DNA of 64,000 nucleotides from an uncultured Candidatus Saccharibacteria bacterium (GCA_964602665.1 CAZRRH010000003.1:2963-66962), one strand, 5' to 3'. Numbered from the stretch's first letter, positions 1 to 8,901 are shown. Notes: a model not told the origin generated them from the sequence alone. Made by a program: numbers and translations.

Positions 1-49
1 CTCCGAAGTATCCTCCAACTCCACCAGTTCCAACTATGTAGATTTTCAT
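1..49 (-). CDS. N-terminal fragment (gene continues beyond window start) of an NAD(P)-binding Rossmann protein, ApbA/PanE (2-dehydropantoate 2-reductase)-like
   Basis: The reverse complement of 1..49 reads MKIYIVGTGGVGGYFG. This is a GxGxxG dinucleotide-binding motif with the GGYFG signature typical of the ApbA/PanE family. The start codon is the complement of 47..49. Confidence 0.4.
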   Translation of the reverse strand, partial: MKIYIVGTGGVGGYFG

Positions 50-67
50 GTTTTTAATAGTAATAAA

Positions 68-259
68 TTAGTATCTTAAATCAATCTCAATTCGACTATC
101 AACAAATTTATCATTAAAAAGCTCTGAGGGAGCTAGCTTCCATACTTTAATAGGAACTGCCTTATAAAGTCTTAATTTTGAAACTCCTTGAAAATCCTTA
201 TACTGTTTTACGAACCTTTCAATCTGAGCTTTGCTTTCTGTGAAACCGGTCGCAAGCAT
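68..259 (-). CDS. hypothetical small protein (63 aa)
   Basis: ORF-track ORF lying between two minus-strand genes. No recognisable motif. Confidence 0.25.
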   Translation of the reverse strand: MLATGFTESKAQIERFVKQYKDFQGVSKLRLYKAVPIKVWKLAPSELFNDKFVDSRIEIDLRY

Positions 260-288
260 CTTCTTCCCATAAACTATTAATCCTTTTA

Positions 289-594
289 TTATCTCAATTT
301 ATTTGTGATCTCTAAAGCATTTGCTTTAATATATACTGCATCAACATTATCTCCAATTGCTGTCGAATCAAAAATAGATATTGCGATATTAGAGTTTTCT
401 CTTATAAGTTTAGAGTGTAATGAATTTGTTGGGGAGTACCAATATATATTAAACCGAGAATCTATTGCATAATATATATTTGCTATCCATGGTTCTCCAT
501 GCTTTGATGAAACTGAAATTGTCATGTATAGGTTTTTATTTATTATTTTACGTGCTTTCTCTTTGTCTGTCATGCGAAAATTATAACACTTCAA
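289..594 (-). CDS. pyridoxamine 5'-phosphate oxidase-like FMN-binding family protein (general stress protein 26-like)
   Basis: 101-aa ORF. Its sequence pattern (…MTISVSSKHGEPWIANIYYAID…YWYSPTNSLHSKLIRENSNIAISIFD…) resembles the PNPOx-like split-barrel family. Confidence 0.45.
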   Translation of the reverse strand: MKCYNFRMTDKEKARKIINKNLYMTISVSSKHGEPWIANIYYAIDSRFNIYWYSPTNSLHSKLIRENSNIAISIFDSTAIGDNVDAVYIKANALEITNKLR

Positions 595-690
595 ATAAGA
601 TGATGATACTATATTTTATCACAAATGGGGAAAAGTTAAACTTTCTAAAGAACAAAATCAAAATTTAGATTCAAAAGAGAAACAAAAATA

Positions 691-699
691 TGATATACT
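691..699 (+). promoter_or_regulatory. extended -10 element (TGATATACT) 7 nt upstream of the maf ATG. A leaderless or near-leaderless transcript is likely.
   Basis: TGnTAnAnT box at 691..699 with the ATG at 707. The same geometry recurs upstream of several genes in the window. Confidence 0.35.
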
Positions 700-706
700 C
701 ATAACA

Positions 707-1306
707 ATGCCGAAAAAAGAAACACGAAAAATAGTATTAGCATCAACATCAGAAGTAAGAAAAAAACTATTAAAAAATGCTGGTTTAAAATTTGAAACAG
801 CTTCTCCTTTATTCGATGAAGAGTCGGTAAAAATCAGCGATCCTAAGGAGCTTGTACAAACTTTAGCTCTCGGTAAAGCAAAATCTATCGCATCAAAGCA
901 TCAACGTTCAATAATAATTGGTTCAGATACAGTTGTCTCATTTAATAATCAAATACTTGGGAAGCCTAGAACTGAAAATCGAGCTTATGAAATGTTAGGA
1001 ATGATGCAAGGTAATTGGAATATAGGATATACAGGGCTGGCAATAATTGATACAACTACAGGTAAAGAATGGGTAGGTATTGGAGAAACAAAAGTCAAAA
1101 TTCGAAAATTAACAGATGAGGAAATTTGGGGTTATATAAAATCGGGTGAGCCACTAAATAAAGCAGGTGCATATAGTGAGGCGAGAGGGTCAATGATAAT
1201 TGAAAAAATGGAGGGCGATATTTTTGCAGTGCAAGGACTGCCACTTCAACTTTTAGCAAAAACCTTGTTATCTGAATTTGACTATAAATATTGGTTGTGC
1301 CATTAG
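707..1306 (+). CDS. maf: Maf-like nucleoside triphosphate pyrophosphatase (septum formation protein Maf)
   Basis: 199 aa. N-terminus IVLASTSEVRKKLLKNAGLKFE and overall length match the Maf/Ham1 family. Confidence 0.85.
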   Translation: MPKKETRKIVLASTSEVRKKLLKNAGLKFETASPLFDEESVKISDPKELVQTLALGKAKSIASKHQRSIIIGSDTVVSFNNQILGKPRTENRAYEMLGMMQGNWNIGYTGLAIIDTTTGKEWVGIGETKVKIRKLTDEEIWGYIKSGEPLNKAGAYSEARGSMIIEKMEGDIFAVQGLPLQLLAKTLLSEFDYKYWLCH

Positions 1307-1348
1307 GAATTAATTATCATTAAAGTATAATTTGATAAAAACAAAAAG

Positions 1349-1993
1349 GTGAACATCGTAATAATCCCCGGATTTACAGGCTATCCGGAAGAAAAAGCTT
1401 ACATAGAGTTAACAAAAAAACTTACACAAAAAGGTCATAAAGTAATCAAAATCGCATGGCCACACTTACCAAATGACCTAACAAAATACAGTATAAGTGA
1501 AACCATCAAACATGCCAATACAATCCTATACAAGCTAGATATGACAGAAACTTCACTAATCGGACATTCTATGGGTGGTATAATTGCTTCCTATCTGGCA
1601 AAAGAGCACAAACCAAAGAAATTATGTTTTCTTGTATCACCATATCAAATTGGCACAAAAGAAGAGTTAGAGGGTAAATATAAGGAGTGGAAAGAGCTTG
1701 GTTATCGTGATGTAGCTTCATCAAGATTTGGATTGATAAGGGTGCCTTTCTCATTTGTAGAAGATGCACAGAAATATAATGCTTTAGATGTTATTGGCGA
1801 TTTAAGTATGCCCAAACTATTTATTGTGGCGGGTAATGATGATAAGGTGCCTTTTCATATGTCAAAGAAGCTGTATGATTGTGCCATTGAGCCTAAATCA
1901 TGGAAGCTTGTTGAAGGTTTGGAGCATAAATATCAGTATCAAGATGGTATGATTAAGGTTGTTAATGATTTGATTTTGGATTTTATCACTTAA
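1349..1993 (+). CDS. alpha/beta-fold serine hydrolase (YdeN/RBBP9-like esterase)
   Basis: 214 aa. GHSMGG nucleophile-elbow motif and the typical size of the small serine-hydrolase family. Starts at a GTG embedded in an AGGTG Shine-Dalgarno-like string. Confidence 0.7.
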   Translation: MNIVIIPGFTGYPEEKAYIELTKKLTQKGHKVIKIAWPHLPNDLTKYSISETIKHANTILYKLDMTETSLIGHSMGGIIASYLAKEHKPKKLCFLVSPYQIGTKEELEGKYKEWKELGYRDVASSRFGLIRVPFSFVEDAQKYNALDVIGDLSMPKLFIVAGNDDKVPFHMSKKLYDCAIEPKSWKLVEGLEHKYQYQDGMIKVVNDLILDFIT

Positions 1994-2052
1994 TATCAGT
2001 TAATATCGCAGGCAACATTGCTTTTCATTAAGCTAAAATATATAATTAAAAC

Positions 2053-2457
2053 ATGTGGAAGTGCCCTAAATGCAATAGAGAATTTGCGAAAGAAAATCAA
2101 TCTCATTCTTGTGTAAAATACCCTTTAGAGGAACATTTTCGTAACAAAGAAAATCAAAGAAAATTTTTTGATACTTATATTGATTTTGTCCGGAAAAATG
2201 TTGGAGATTTTAAGATAGAAGCGATGCCATGCTGTATTCATTTGGTTGGTACATATACTTTTAGTGCTGTTTGGATATTAAAAGACAAAATGAGAATTGA
2301 TTTTATGCTCCCCGAGAAGCTTTCAAATGCTCGCATTACAAAGATCGCACAACCTTCCACAAATAGATATGTTCATTATTTGGAAGTTGTAGATGAGAGA
2401 GATTTTGATGATGAGCTAGTAAATTGGTTGAAAAAGGCTTATTTTTTGAAATCGTGA
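2053..2457 (+). CDS. hypothetical protein with N-terminal CxxC…HSC zinc-ribbon-like motif (DUF5655-like)
   Basis: 134 aa. The MWKCPKCNREFAKENQSHSC start resembles DUF5655-family proteins. No catalytic motif recognised. Confidence 0.35.
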   Translation: MWKCPKCNREFAKENQSHSCVKYPLEEHFRNKENQRKFFDTYIDFVRKNVGDFKIEAMPCCIHLVGTYTFSAVWILKDKMRIDFMLPEKLSNARITKIAQPSTNRYVHYLEVVDERDFDDELVNWLKKAYFLKS

Positions 2458-2476
2458 TAAGATTTTAATTTTTTAT

Positions 2477-2497
2477 ACATGCGGAGAGGCCGGGATT
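2477..2497. repeat. 21-nt direct repeat duplicating the 3' end plus flank of the tRNA-Ser gene
   Basis: acatGcggagaggccgggatt at 2477..2497 matches acatAcggagaggccgggatt at 2627..2647 with one mismatch. The second copy is the 3' end of the intact minus-strand tRNA. This is the pattern left by integrase-mediated recombination at a tRNA 3' end. Confidence 0.6.
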
Positions 2498-2631
2498 TTA
2501 CGCCACTATTTCGCTTCGCTACATAATAGCATAACGATGCTTCTGCCCATTACTTCGTAATAGGCAGACTAGTCTCATCCCGTCTATATATGTCCATAAA
2601 CTTGGAAACAAGTTCCAACTTTACTGACATA

Positions 2632-2749
2632 CGGAGAGGCCGGGATTCGAACCCGGGATCCCGCCTTAACAATATTCTAATATAAAATATCATTAAGGCG
2701 GGATGACTCGTTAGCAGTGAGTTGCTTTCGGCCACTCAGCCACCTCTCC
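2632..2749 (-). tRNA. tRNA-Ser(GCU), class II, with an unusually long (~48 nt) variable arm
   Basis: Minus-strand fold: 7-bp acceptor GGAGAGG/CCTCTCC plus discriminator G, 3-bp D-stem GCT/AGC with a GG D-loop, anticodon arm ACTCA-CTGCTAA-CGAGT (anticodon GCT, U33, A37), T-arm CCGGG-TTCGAAT-CCCGG. The variable arm is a 10-bp stem CCCGCCTTAA/TTAAGGCGGG around a 23-nt AT-rich loop. CCA is not encoded. Confidence 0.75.
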
Positions 2750-2793
2750 ATTCAATTTTAATTGATGTGATTATACCATAAAGGTCCATTTTT

Positions 2794-2802
2794 TGCTATA
2801 AT
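2794..2802 (+). promoter_or_regulatory. extended -10 element (TGCTATAAT) 8 nt upstream of the nfo ATG
   Basis: TGnTATAAT at 2794..2802 with the ATG at 2811. Confidence 0.35.
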
Positions 2803-2810
2803 AACCTCAA

Positions 2811-3686
2811 ATGAGAAAAAACTTAGGAGTACACATAAATGGCGGGCTAGCACAAGCAATTAAGTTGGCGCCAAAATACGGTTATGACTGTGCTCAAATA
2901 ATGCCAACTGCTCCTATGAGATGGTGTACAAAAGAAATTGACGAAGAAAAAGTTTCTCCAATAGTCGACTTGCCCGGTACAGGATTAAAAAAAATACTAA
3001 TCCATGGCGTTTACCTGACAAATTTAGCGCGTAAAGATAAACAGATGTTTCATCTTGGCAAAATATCATTAGTTTACTATCTAAATTATGCTCAAAAACT
3101 TATTGATTTGGCAAAACAAAACAATATAAAAGTCGAAATACTTGGCGTTTGCTTTCATCCCGGATCAGCAATAGATTTACAGCCAACAGAAGCAATTAAT
3201 AGAATAATATATGGAATCAATTGGATTTGTGAACAGACGGCCAAAAGTGCTCCCGACGCCAAATTATTATTAGAAAGTACTGCAGGTTCTGGCAATGTGC
3301 TTGGCAGTTCATTTGAGCAGTTAAAAGAAATACGAGAAGGTGTGCAAGAGCAATTTCAATCAAGAATTGGATATGTCCTTGACACACAACATACATGGGT
3401 AAGCGGTTACGATTGGGTAGGAGATTTGTCAGGAGTGACTTCTAAAATAGATAGTGTACTTGGTATAGAAAATATTGCGGCAGTTCATTTAAATGATAGT
3501 GCCAAAGAACTAAACTCTCGCAAAGATAGGCATGCAAATATCGGTGACGGCCTAATAGGGTTACCTGCAATTAAAAATATAATCTCACACAAACTCTTTG
3601 TAGATAATGATATACCTTTTATAATGGAAACACCTGCCCTAAAAGATGAGGCAGGAATTCAAAGTGAACTATCCAAATTAATATAG
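2811..3686 (+). CDS. nfo: endonuclease IV (AP endonuclease family 2, Nfo)
   Basis: 291 aa. N-terminus LGVHINGGLAQAIKLAPKYGYDCAQIM matches the Nfo pattern (xIGAHVSxAGG…D…QIF). A TIM-barrel AP endonuclease of typical length. Confidence 0.7.
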   Translation: MRKNLGVHINGGLAQAIKLAPKYGYDCAQIMPTAPMRWCTKEIDEEKVSPIVDLPGTGLKKILIHGVYLTNLARKDKQMFHLGKISLVYYLNYAQKLIDLAKQNNIKVEILGVCFHPGSAIDLQPTEAINRIIYGINWICEQTAKSAPDAKLLLESTAGSGNVLGSSFEQLKEIREGVQEQFQSRIGYVLDTQHTWVSGYDWVGDLSGVTSKIDSVLGIENIAAVHLNDSAKELNSRKDRHANIGDGLIGLPAIKNIISHKLFVDNDIPFIMETPALKDEAGIQSELSKLI

Positions 3687-3696
3687 ATTAAAAACA

Positions 3697-6600
3697 ATGT
3701 CACAAATAAATCTAAATGCAAAGCAGGAAGAAGCGGTAAAACATAAAGTTGGCCCTTTGCTTATAATTGCTGGTGCAGGCACAGGTAAAACACAGACAAT
3801 AACTGATCGTATTAAATATATTATTTCACAGGAGTGGGCACAAACAAACGAGATATTAGCACTAACTTTTACTGATAAGGCCTCATATGAGATGCTTGAT
3901 CGAGTAGAAGAGAGCATCCCTTTTGGATATACTGATAATTGGATAAGTACATTCCACTCTTTTTGTGATAGGGTGATTAGAAGTGACGGACATTTGATCG
4001 GTCTGGACACGAATTACTCTCTGATGACATCTGCTCAGTCTTATATCCTTTTTCGTCGATATCTTTTTGACATGCCACTTGATACATTGCGTCCTTTGGG
4101 CAATCCTACAAGCTTCATACAGGACATATTAAAACACTTTTCTCGATTGCAAGATGAGGATATTACTCCTGATGATTACATAAATTTTGCCAAAAAGAAT
4201 CTAAAGACTGCAAAAGATGGAGAAGATATATACCCAGAGATTTTGGAGCTGGCAAACTGTTATAAAAAATTTTCTGAAATTAAAATTGCAGAATCAAAAT
4301 TTGATTTTGGAGATCTTATCACGATGACGCTCAAACTTATGCGCGAGAAACCTGCGGTATTAAAAAAATACCAGCAAAAATTTAAATATATACTGGTTGA
4401 CGAATTTCAGGACACAAATTATGCGCAAAATACACTCGTAAACTTATTGGCAATAAAAGACGGCGATACGAAAAATGCAAATATAACAGTAGTTGGGGAC
4501 GATGATCAGGCAATTTATAAATTTAGGGGTGCGGCGATATCAAACATCCTTCATTTTAAAAGCACATATAAGACAGCAAAAAGCATCGTTTTAACTGAAA
4601 ATTATCGATCTTATCAGCAAATTCTTGATTTGGCCTACAATGTAATTCAAAACAACAATCCCGATCGACTTGAAATTGCCGAAAATGTCATGAAAAGGCT
4701 TGTTTCACACTATATTTCCAGTAAGGATGATGGTCAGGAGAAGCCTTCTCTTTTTACTCCTGCCAAGGATTCTGGCGAACCCGTAAAAGTTGGTCAGTTT
4801 AAAAATCATCATGATGAAAGTGATTTTATAGTAAGCGAAATAAAGAAACTGCATAATTTGCAAGCATATGAATATAATGATATAGCAATAATTGTCAGGT
4901 CAAATAAAAATGCAGAAGAATTAACGAAGACCCTTACTTATAACGGGATTCCTTATAAATATCCGGGAACAAAAGGTCTTTATATGCGTAAGGAAATTAT
5001 GCCTTTTATCCTTTTTATGAGATTGCTTGCTGATTATACAGACAATGTAAGCGCTTTTGGATTGTTGCAGATGGAGCAATTTAATTTGTCACCGAGGGAT
5101 TTGACAGAGATCTCAAGGGCAAGCTCTTTTGATCGCGTTTCTATAATTGAATTTATCGAGAAAAATTTAGGTGCAAAAACAGGATCTAATGAAACTGATG
5201 GCAAGGAGCAGGTGGAGAATATTAGTAAAATGTTATTTGAGTCTGTTAAAACTAATAATTACATGCAAAGAATTCTGTCACAGAAAGGTCTTCTAGGCGT
5301 ATGTAATCTTGTTGCGCTAATGGACTATTCTATGACCATGGTTAAAACTGGTAAAAGTATTGGAGAGATACTTTTTATGTTTTTTAAAGGAAGTGGTTAC
5401 ATGGGCGATCTTGCTAATGTTGAGAGTCTTAGCGATATGCAGAAAAATAAAAGAATTTTTATAACAAATAATATTAGCAAATACTTTGACTCTGTACATA
5501 ATTATGAAAAAGAAGCCAAAAATAACTACATAAAAGATTACGTAGATTTTATTGATTACTCAATTGAGGTGGGAGATGGTCCTTCTGTTGATGCTGATTT
5601 TCTTGAAGATCAGGATGCTGTTACTATAACAACCGCACATAGTGCCAAGGGTCTTGAATATTATATTGTTTTCATACCACATCTTGTTACAGATAGATTT
5701 CCATCAAAAAGCAGAGTAGACAGATTGCCTGTTCCTGATCAACTTCTTAAAGAGACAAATCCAAATTATGAGGAAAATAAAACGCATTTGCAAGAAGAAC
5801 GAAGGCTGTTTTATGTTGCATTGACAAGAGCAAAAGAGAAGCTTTATCTGACTTGTGCTAGCAGATATGATGGGTTAAAAAGAGAAAAGAAGGCTAGTAA
5901 GTTTTTTGATGAAGCAAAAAAACATTTAGATAACAGACATGAGTTATTAATTACTGATAGAAAAGAGAATAAATTATTTGATGATGTTGAAATTGCATTA
6001 TGTAACACAGACGATGAACAAGATGTGCTTATGAATACTGTTAAATCAAGTAATAATTGCGGGTTTAATTCGAGCTATTCTGCTCTTACAGCGTATAATT
6101 GGTGTCCAAGGAAATATGCATATTCTTATCTCTATCGTATCCAGACTGCCCAAAGTGGTGCTTTGGCGTTTGGATCTACAATCCATGCGGTCTTAAAGGA
6201 GTTATACGACAGACTTATGCAGGCTAAGAGCGGGTTTGCAGGTATGGTCGAATACCCGACGCTTGATTTTGTTAAGGATACATATGAGAAAAAATGGATA
6301 AGAGTAGGTTACGACAGCAAAGAGCATGAAGCCAGGCGCAAGAAAAAAGGTCTTATGCTTATAACTAATTATTACAACAATGTTTATAATCCAGATGAGA
6401 AGCCTCTTTTTATTGAGATGGGTTTTAAATATAATATAAATGATATATCATTAAAAGGACAAATTGATAGGGTTGATTTGTTGGGCGTTGATAAAGATGG
6501 CAAGAAAATTGTAAGGATAATTGATTATAAGACGGGGACAGTAAAAAAAGACCAGACAGAGGAGGATTTACAGTTAAGCTTATATACGCTTTTTATGCAA

Positions 6601-6819
6601 CAACAAGGGTATATCGTCCAGCGGGCACAGTATTATTATATTGAGCATGAACAATTTGTTGATATAGAGCTTAATCAAGTTGAAAAATCCATTATAGAGG
6701 GCAAAATTAAAGCTATTGCAGACAAAATAAGAAGTGGTGACTTTAATGCAACACCAGGTATGTTTAAGTGTAAATATTGCGATTATAGGGCTATATGCCC
6801 AAACGCAGAGCTAAGTTGA
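3697..6819 (+). CDS. UvrD/PcrA-type superfamily-1 helicase fused to a C-terminal RecB-family (PD-(D/E)XK) nuclease domain with Fe-S cysteines (AddA/AdnB-like)
   Basis: 1040 aa. N-terminal UvrD Walker A (IIAGAGTGKTQT) and the later helicase motifs are present, including DEFQDTN and VGDDDQAIYKFRGA. The C-terminus has the RecB/Cas4-style IIDYKTG motif and a cysteine set (…NWCPRK… then CKYCDYRAICPN) of the kind that binds a 4Fe-4S cluster in AddB/Cas4-type nucleases. Confidence 0.8.
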   Translation: MSQINLNAKQEEAVKHKVGPLLIIAGAGTGKTQTITDRIKYIISQEWAQTNEILALTFTDKASYEMLDRVEESIPFGYTDNWISTFHSFCDRVIRSDGHLIGLDTNYSLMTSAQSYILFRRYLFDMPLDTLRPLGNPTSFIQDILKHFSRLQDEDITPDDYINFAKKNLKTAKDGEDIYPEILELANCYKKFSEIKIAESKFDFGDLITMTLKLMREKPAVLKKYQQKFKYILVDEFQDTNYAQNTLVNLLAIKDGDTKNANITVVGDDDQAIYKFRGAAISNILHFKSTYKTAKSIVLTENYRSYQQILDLAYNVIQNNNPDRLEIAENVMKRLVSHYISSKDDGQEKPSLFTPAKDSGEPVKVGQFKNHHDESDFIVSEIKKLHNLQAYEYNDIAIIVRSNKNAEELTKTLTYNGIPYKYPGTKGLYMRKEIMPFILFMRLLADYTDNVSAFGLLQMEQFNLSPRDLTEISRASSFDRVSIIEFIEKNLGAKTGSNETDGKEQVENISKMLFESVKTNNYMQRILSQKGLLGVCNLVALMDYSMTMVKTGKSIGEILFMFFKGSGYMGDLANVESLSDMQKNKRIFITNNISKYFDSVHNYEKEAKNNYIKDYVDFIDYSIEVGDGPSVDADFLEDQDAVTITTAHSAKGLEYYIVFIPHLVTDRFPSKSRVDRLPVPDQLLKETNPNYEENKTHLQEERRLFYVALTRAKEKLYLTCASRYDGLKREKKASKFFDEAKKHLDNRHELLITDRKENKLFDDVEIALCNTDDEQDVLMNTVKSSNNCGFNSSYSALTAYNWCPRKYAYSYLYRIQTAQSGALAFGSTIHAVLKELYDRLMQAKSGFAGMVEYPTLDFVKDTYEKKWIRVGYDSKEHEARRKKKGLMLITNYYNNVYNPDEKPLFIEMGFKYNINDISLKGQIDRVDLLGVDKDGKKIVRIIDYKTGTVKKDQTEEDLQLSLYTLFMQQQGYIVQRAQYYYIEHEQFVDIELNQVEKSIIEGKIKAIADKIRSGDFNATPGMFKCKYCDYRAICPNAELS

Positions 6820-6835
6820 TTAAGTGGTCTAATTT

Positions 6836-6844
6836 TGGTATAAT
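6836..6844 (+). promoter_or_regulatory. extended -10 element (TGGTATAAT) 6 nt upstream of the first pilin-like gene. A leaderless start is likely.
   Basis: TGGTATAAT at 6836..6844 with the ATG at 6851 and no Shine-Dalgarno room. The identical TGGTATAAT box recurs at 22479 and 39105. Confidence 0.45.
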
Positions 6845-6850
6845 AATGAG

Positions 6851-7276
6851 ATGCATAAGAAGATCGCTAAATATATTTTGACATTTTTTGCGTTGATAGC
6901 AATAACAAGTGCATATTTACCTACAAGAACTTATGCAGAGGATGGTATTGGTACTCAAATAGGGAATCAGTTACAAGATTTGCTTGACCCTGAGGATATT
7001 AACTCTGATCCGGGTAACGAAAACGAGGCTCCAGAAGCCCTTGTACAAATGGTGCAATCGATTGTCCAAATATCTCTGATGGTAGCGACCTTAGCTGTGA
7101 TAATTCTTTTTATAGTTGTGGCATATAATATGGTGACAAGCCAGGGTAATCCCGAGAAGCTTAATGAAGCAAAAGAGATCGCTGTTAATGCTATAATAGG
7201 TTTTATGATGATAGCAATGGCATCAACTATTTTATGGATTTTGGCTAATCTTGTCGGTATCGATAAATTATTTTAA
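6851..7276 (+). CDS. VirB2/TrbC-like pilin paralogue 1 (signal peptide plus two-helix hydrophobic hairpin)
   Basis: 141 aa. Cleavable signal peptide (…TRTYA|ED), acidic variable region, then TM-loop-TM (…IILFIVVAYNMVTSQGNPEKLNEAK…IGFMMIAMASTILWIL). Shares its architecture with the five genes that follow. Confidence 0.5.
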   Translation: MHKKIAKYILTFFALIAITSAYLPTRTYAEDGIGTQIGNQLQDLLDPEDINSDPGNENEAPEALVQMVQSIVQISLMVATLAVIILFIVVAYNMVTSQGNPEKLNEAKEIAVNAIIGFMMIAMASTILWILANLVGIDKLF

Positions 7277-7284
7277 AGTTAAAT

Positions 7285-7587
7285 ATGAAAAACATTATTG
7301 CGGCTAATTGGTTCGGAGTAACTGATTCTTTTGGAAAAGATATAACTACATTTGATGGCATAAAATTAGAAGCGCTTAACTTCGTGTCTGGTATCATAGG
7401 TTTTTTAGGAGTTGTTTTTGTATGCCTTTTTATTTACGGAGCAGTAACATGGATGACTGCTCAAGCAGATGCCGAGAAGGTAAAAAAAGCTCAGGGTATA
7501 ATAACAAGTGCATTTGCAGGTCTTTTGGTTATTATTTTAGCAAGAGTTATTATAGGCTTCGTTATAAGACTAGTCTTGCCAACTTGA
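7285..7587 (+). CDS. VirB2/TrbC-like pilin paralogue 2
   Basis: 100 aa. Core VVFVCLFIYGAVTWMTAQADAEKVKKAQGIITSAFAGLLVIIL aligns with the other paralogues. Confidence 0.5.
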   Translation: MKNIIAANWFGVTDSFGKDITTFDGIKLEALNFVSGIIGFLGVVFVCLFIYGAVTWMTAQADAEKVKKAQGIITSAFAGLLVIILARVIIGFVIRLVLPT

Positions 7588-7620
7588 AATTATATCTGAT
7601 TTATGATATAATACAAGGTT

Positions 7621-8025
7621 ATGAGATTACAGAAAATCGCTTTTAAACTAGATACTACTTTAGCGCTATTTCTCTTTTCTGCGCATAAAGCTTTTGCTCA
7701 AAATACCTCCACTACAGTCAAGAATATTGATACAAGTGGTGATATAAACAGCATAAAAAATAACATCAAATACATAAGAATTGCAGATAGAGAAGGTGAT
7801 CTCGTTGCAATGATTGTCTATTTACTTAATCAGGCGATTGCACTTATTGGAATTATTGCCGTTATTTTCTTGATTATTGGTGGATTCCAGTATATTACAG
7901 CGGGTGGTGATGATTCAAAAACAGAGAAAGCAAACAAAACGATCATTAATGCGTTGGTAGGTTTGGCTATTGTGCTTTTATCGGGAGTTGTGGTACAATT
8001 CCTTATAGACAGATTAATTTTTTAA
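7621..8025 (+). CDS. VirB2/TrbC-like pilin paralogue 3
   Basis: 134 aa. Signal peptide, then core IAVIFLIIGGFQYITAGGDDSKTEKANKTIINALVGLAIVLLSG. Extended -10 TGATATAAT at 7604..7612, 8 nt upstream. Confidence 0.55.
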   Translation: MRLQKIAFKLDTTLALFLFSAHKAFAQNTSTTVKNIDTSGDINSIKNNIKYIRIADREGDLVAMIVYLLNQAIALIGIIAVIFLIIGGFQYITAGGDDSKTEKANKTIINALVGLAIVLLSGVVVQFLIDRLIF

Positions 8026-8051
8026 ATTTTTAAATTTTTAATTATATTTAT

Positions 8052-8429
8052 ATGAGTAGATTTATTCGATTAGTAAGTACACTTGGATTAACAGGAATGC
8101 TTTTTAGTTATCTTCCTGCAAAGGCTATGGCAGCAGGAGATGTCGCTGATATTAAAGGGTGGATGGGTAGAATAAGCATATATAATGAGACTGCTAGTGG
8201 TAATCCAGAAGCCAAAATTGCTAACATTATAAACTATGTTGTTGGAGCATTAGGTTTGGTTGCTGTTTTGTTCTTAATCATAGGTGGTGTTCAGTATATG
8301 ACAGCAGGTGGCGATGACGGCAAAGTTGAGAGTGCAACAAAGACTATAAAAAATGCTTTGATTGGCCTTGCAGTTATAGTATTATCAGGATTAATTGTTA
8401 ACTTCGTATTTTCAATTCTTGCTAAATAA
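8052..8429 (+). CDS. VirB2/TrbC-like pilin paralogue 4
   Basis: 125 aa. Signal peptide (…AKAMA|AG). Core VAVLFLIIGGVQYMTAGGDDGKVESATKTIKNALIGLAVIVLSG. Confidence 0.55.
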   Translation: MSRFIRLVSTLGLTGMLFSYLPAKAMAAGDVADIKGWMGRISIYNETASGNPEAKIANIINYVVGALGLVAVLFLIIGGVQYMTAGGDDGKVESATKTIKNALIGLAVIVLSGLIVNFVFSILAK

Positions 8430-8878
8430 TGCGTAGAAGCGGATTAATTAAAAAAGTAACAATCTTGACTCTTCTGACATTTTTAGTCGGAGGAGTCATG
8501 CTTGGTTTTTTTCCCGCGAAGACCTATGCGGCTACTGATCCACTTGAACTTTTAAAAAGTATAAAGATAGGACAGGAGCCATTAGATAGCACAGAAGAAG
8601 TTGTTGATACATATGTTATTAATAATATCAATTATGTGATTGGCGCAACAGGTCTTGTTTGCGTTATTTTCTTGATAATTGGAGCTGTTAAATATATGAC
8701 TGCCGGTGGTGACGATCAGAAGGTTCAAGATGCTCAAAAGACAATTCAAAATGCACTCATTGGTCTTGCGCTTATTGTATTATCCGGTCTTATTATCAAT
8801 GTGGTATTTTCAATTCTTGATAACAAAAAAACTGCAAGAGCTAAACCGACACCGTCCCCTGTTCCAGTAGCTACTTGA
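8429..8878 (+). CDS. VirB2/TrbC-like pilin paralogue 5, with Pro/Thr-rich C-terminal tail
   Basis: 149 aa. Core VCVIFLIIGAVKYMTAGGDDQKVQDAQKTIQNALIGLALIVLSG, then the tail KKTARAKPTPSPVPVAT. Start overlaps the previous stop (ATAATG). Confidence 0.55.
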   Translation: MRRSGLIKKVTILTLLTFLVGGVMLGFFPAKTYAATDPLELLKSIKIGQEPLDSTEEVVDTYVINNINYVIGATGLVCVIFLIIGAVKYMTAGGDDQKVQDAQKTIQNALIGLALIVLSGLIINVVFSILDNKKTARAKPTPSPVPVAT

Positions 8879-8901
8879 TGATTTTTAATGGTTAATAAAT
8901 A

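Noticed and set aside
2550-2735. 61-aa minus-strand ORF from the six-frame track
   Set aside because: It lies entirely across the tRNA-Ser gene and the duplicated tRNA 3' end, so it is a spurious frame through a structured RNA.
7422-7646. 74-aa plus-strand ORF overlapping pilin paralogue 2 in another frame
   Set aside because: It is embedded in a well-supported paralogous pilin gene, and its product is low-complexity Arg/Ser/Tyr-rich. It is a frame artefact.
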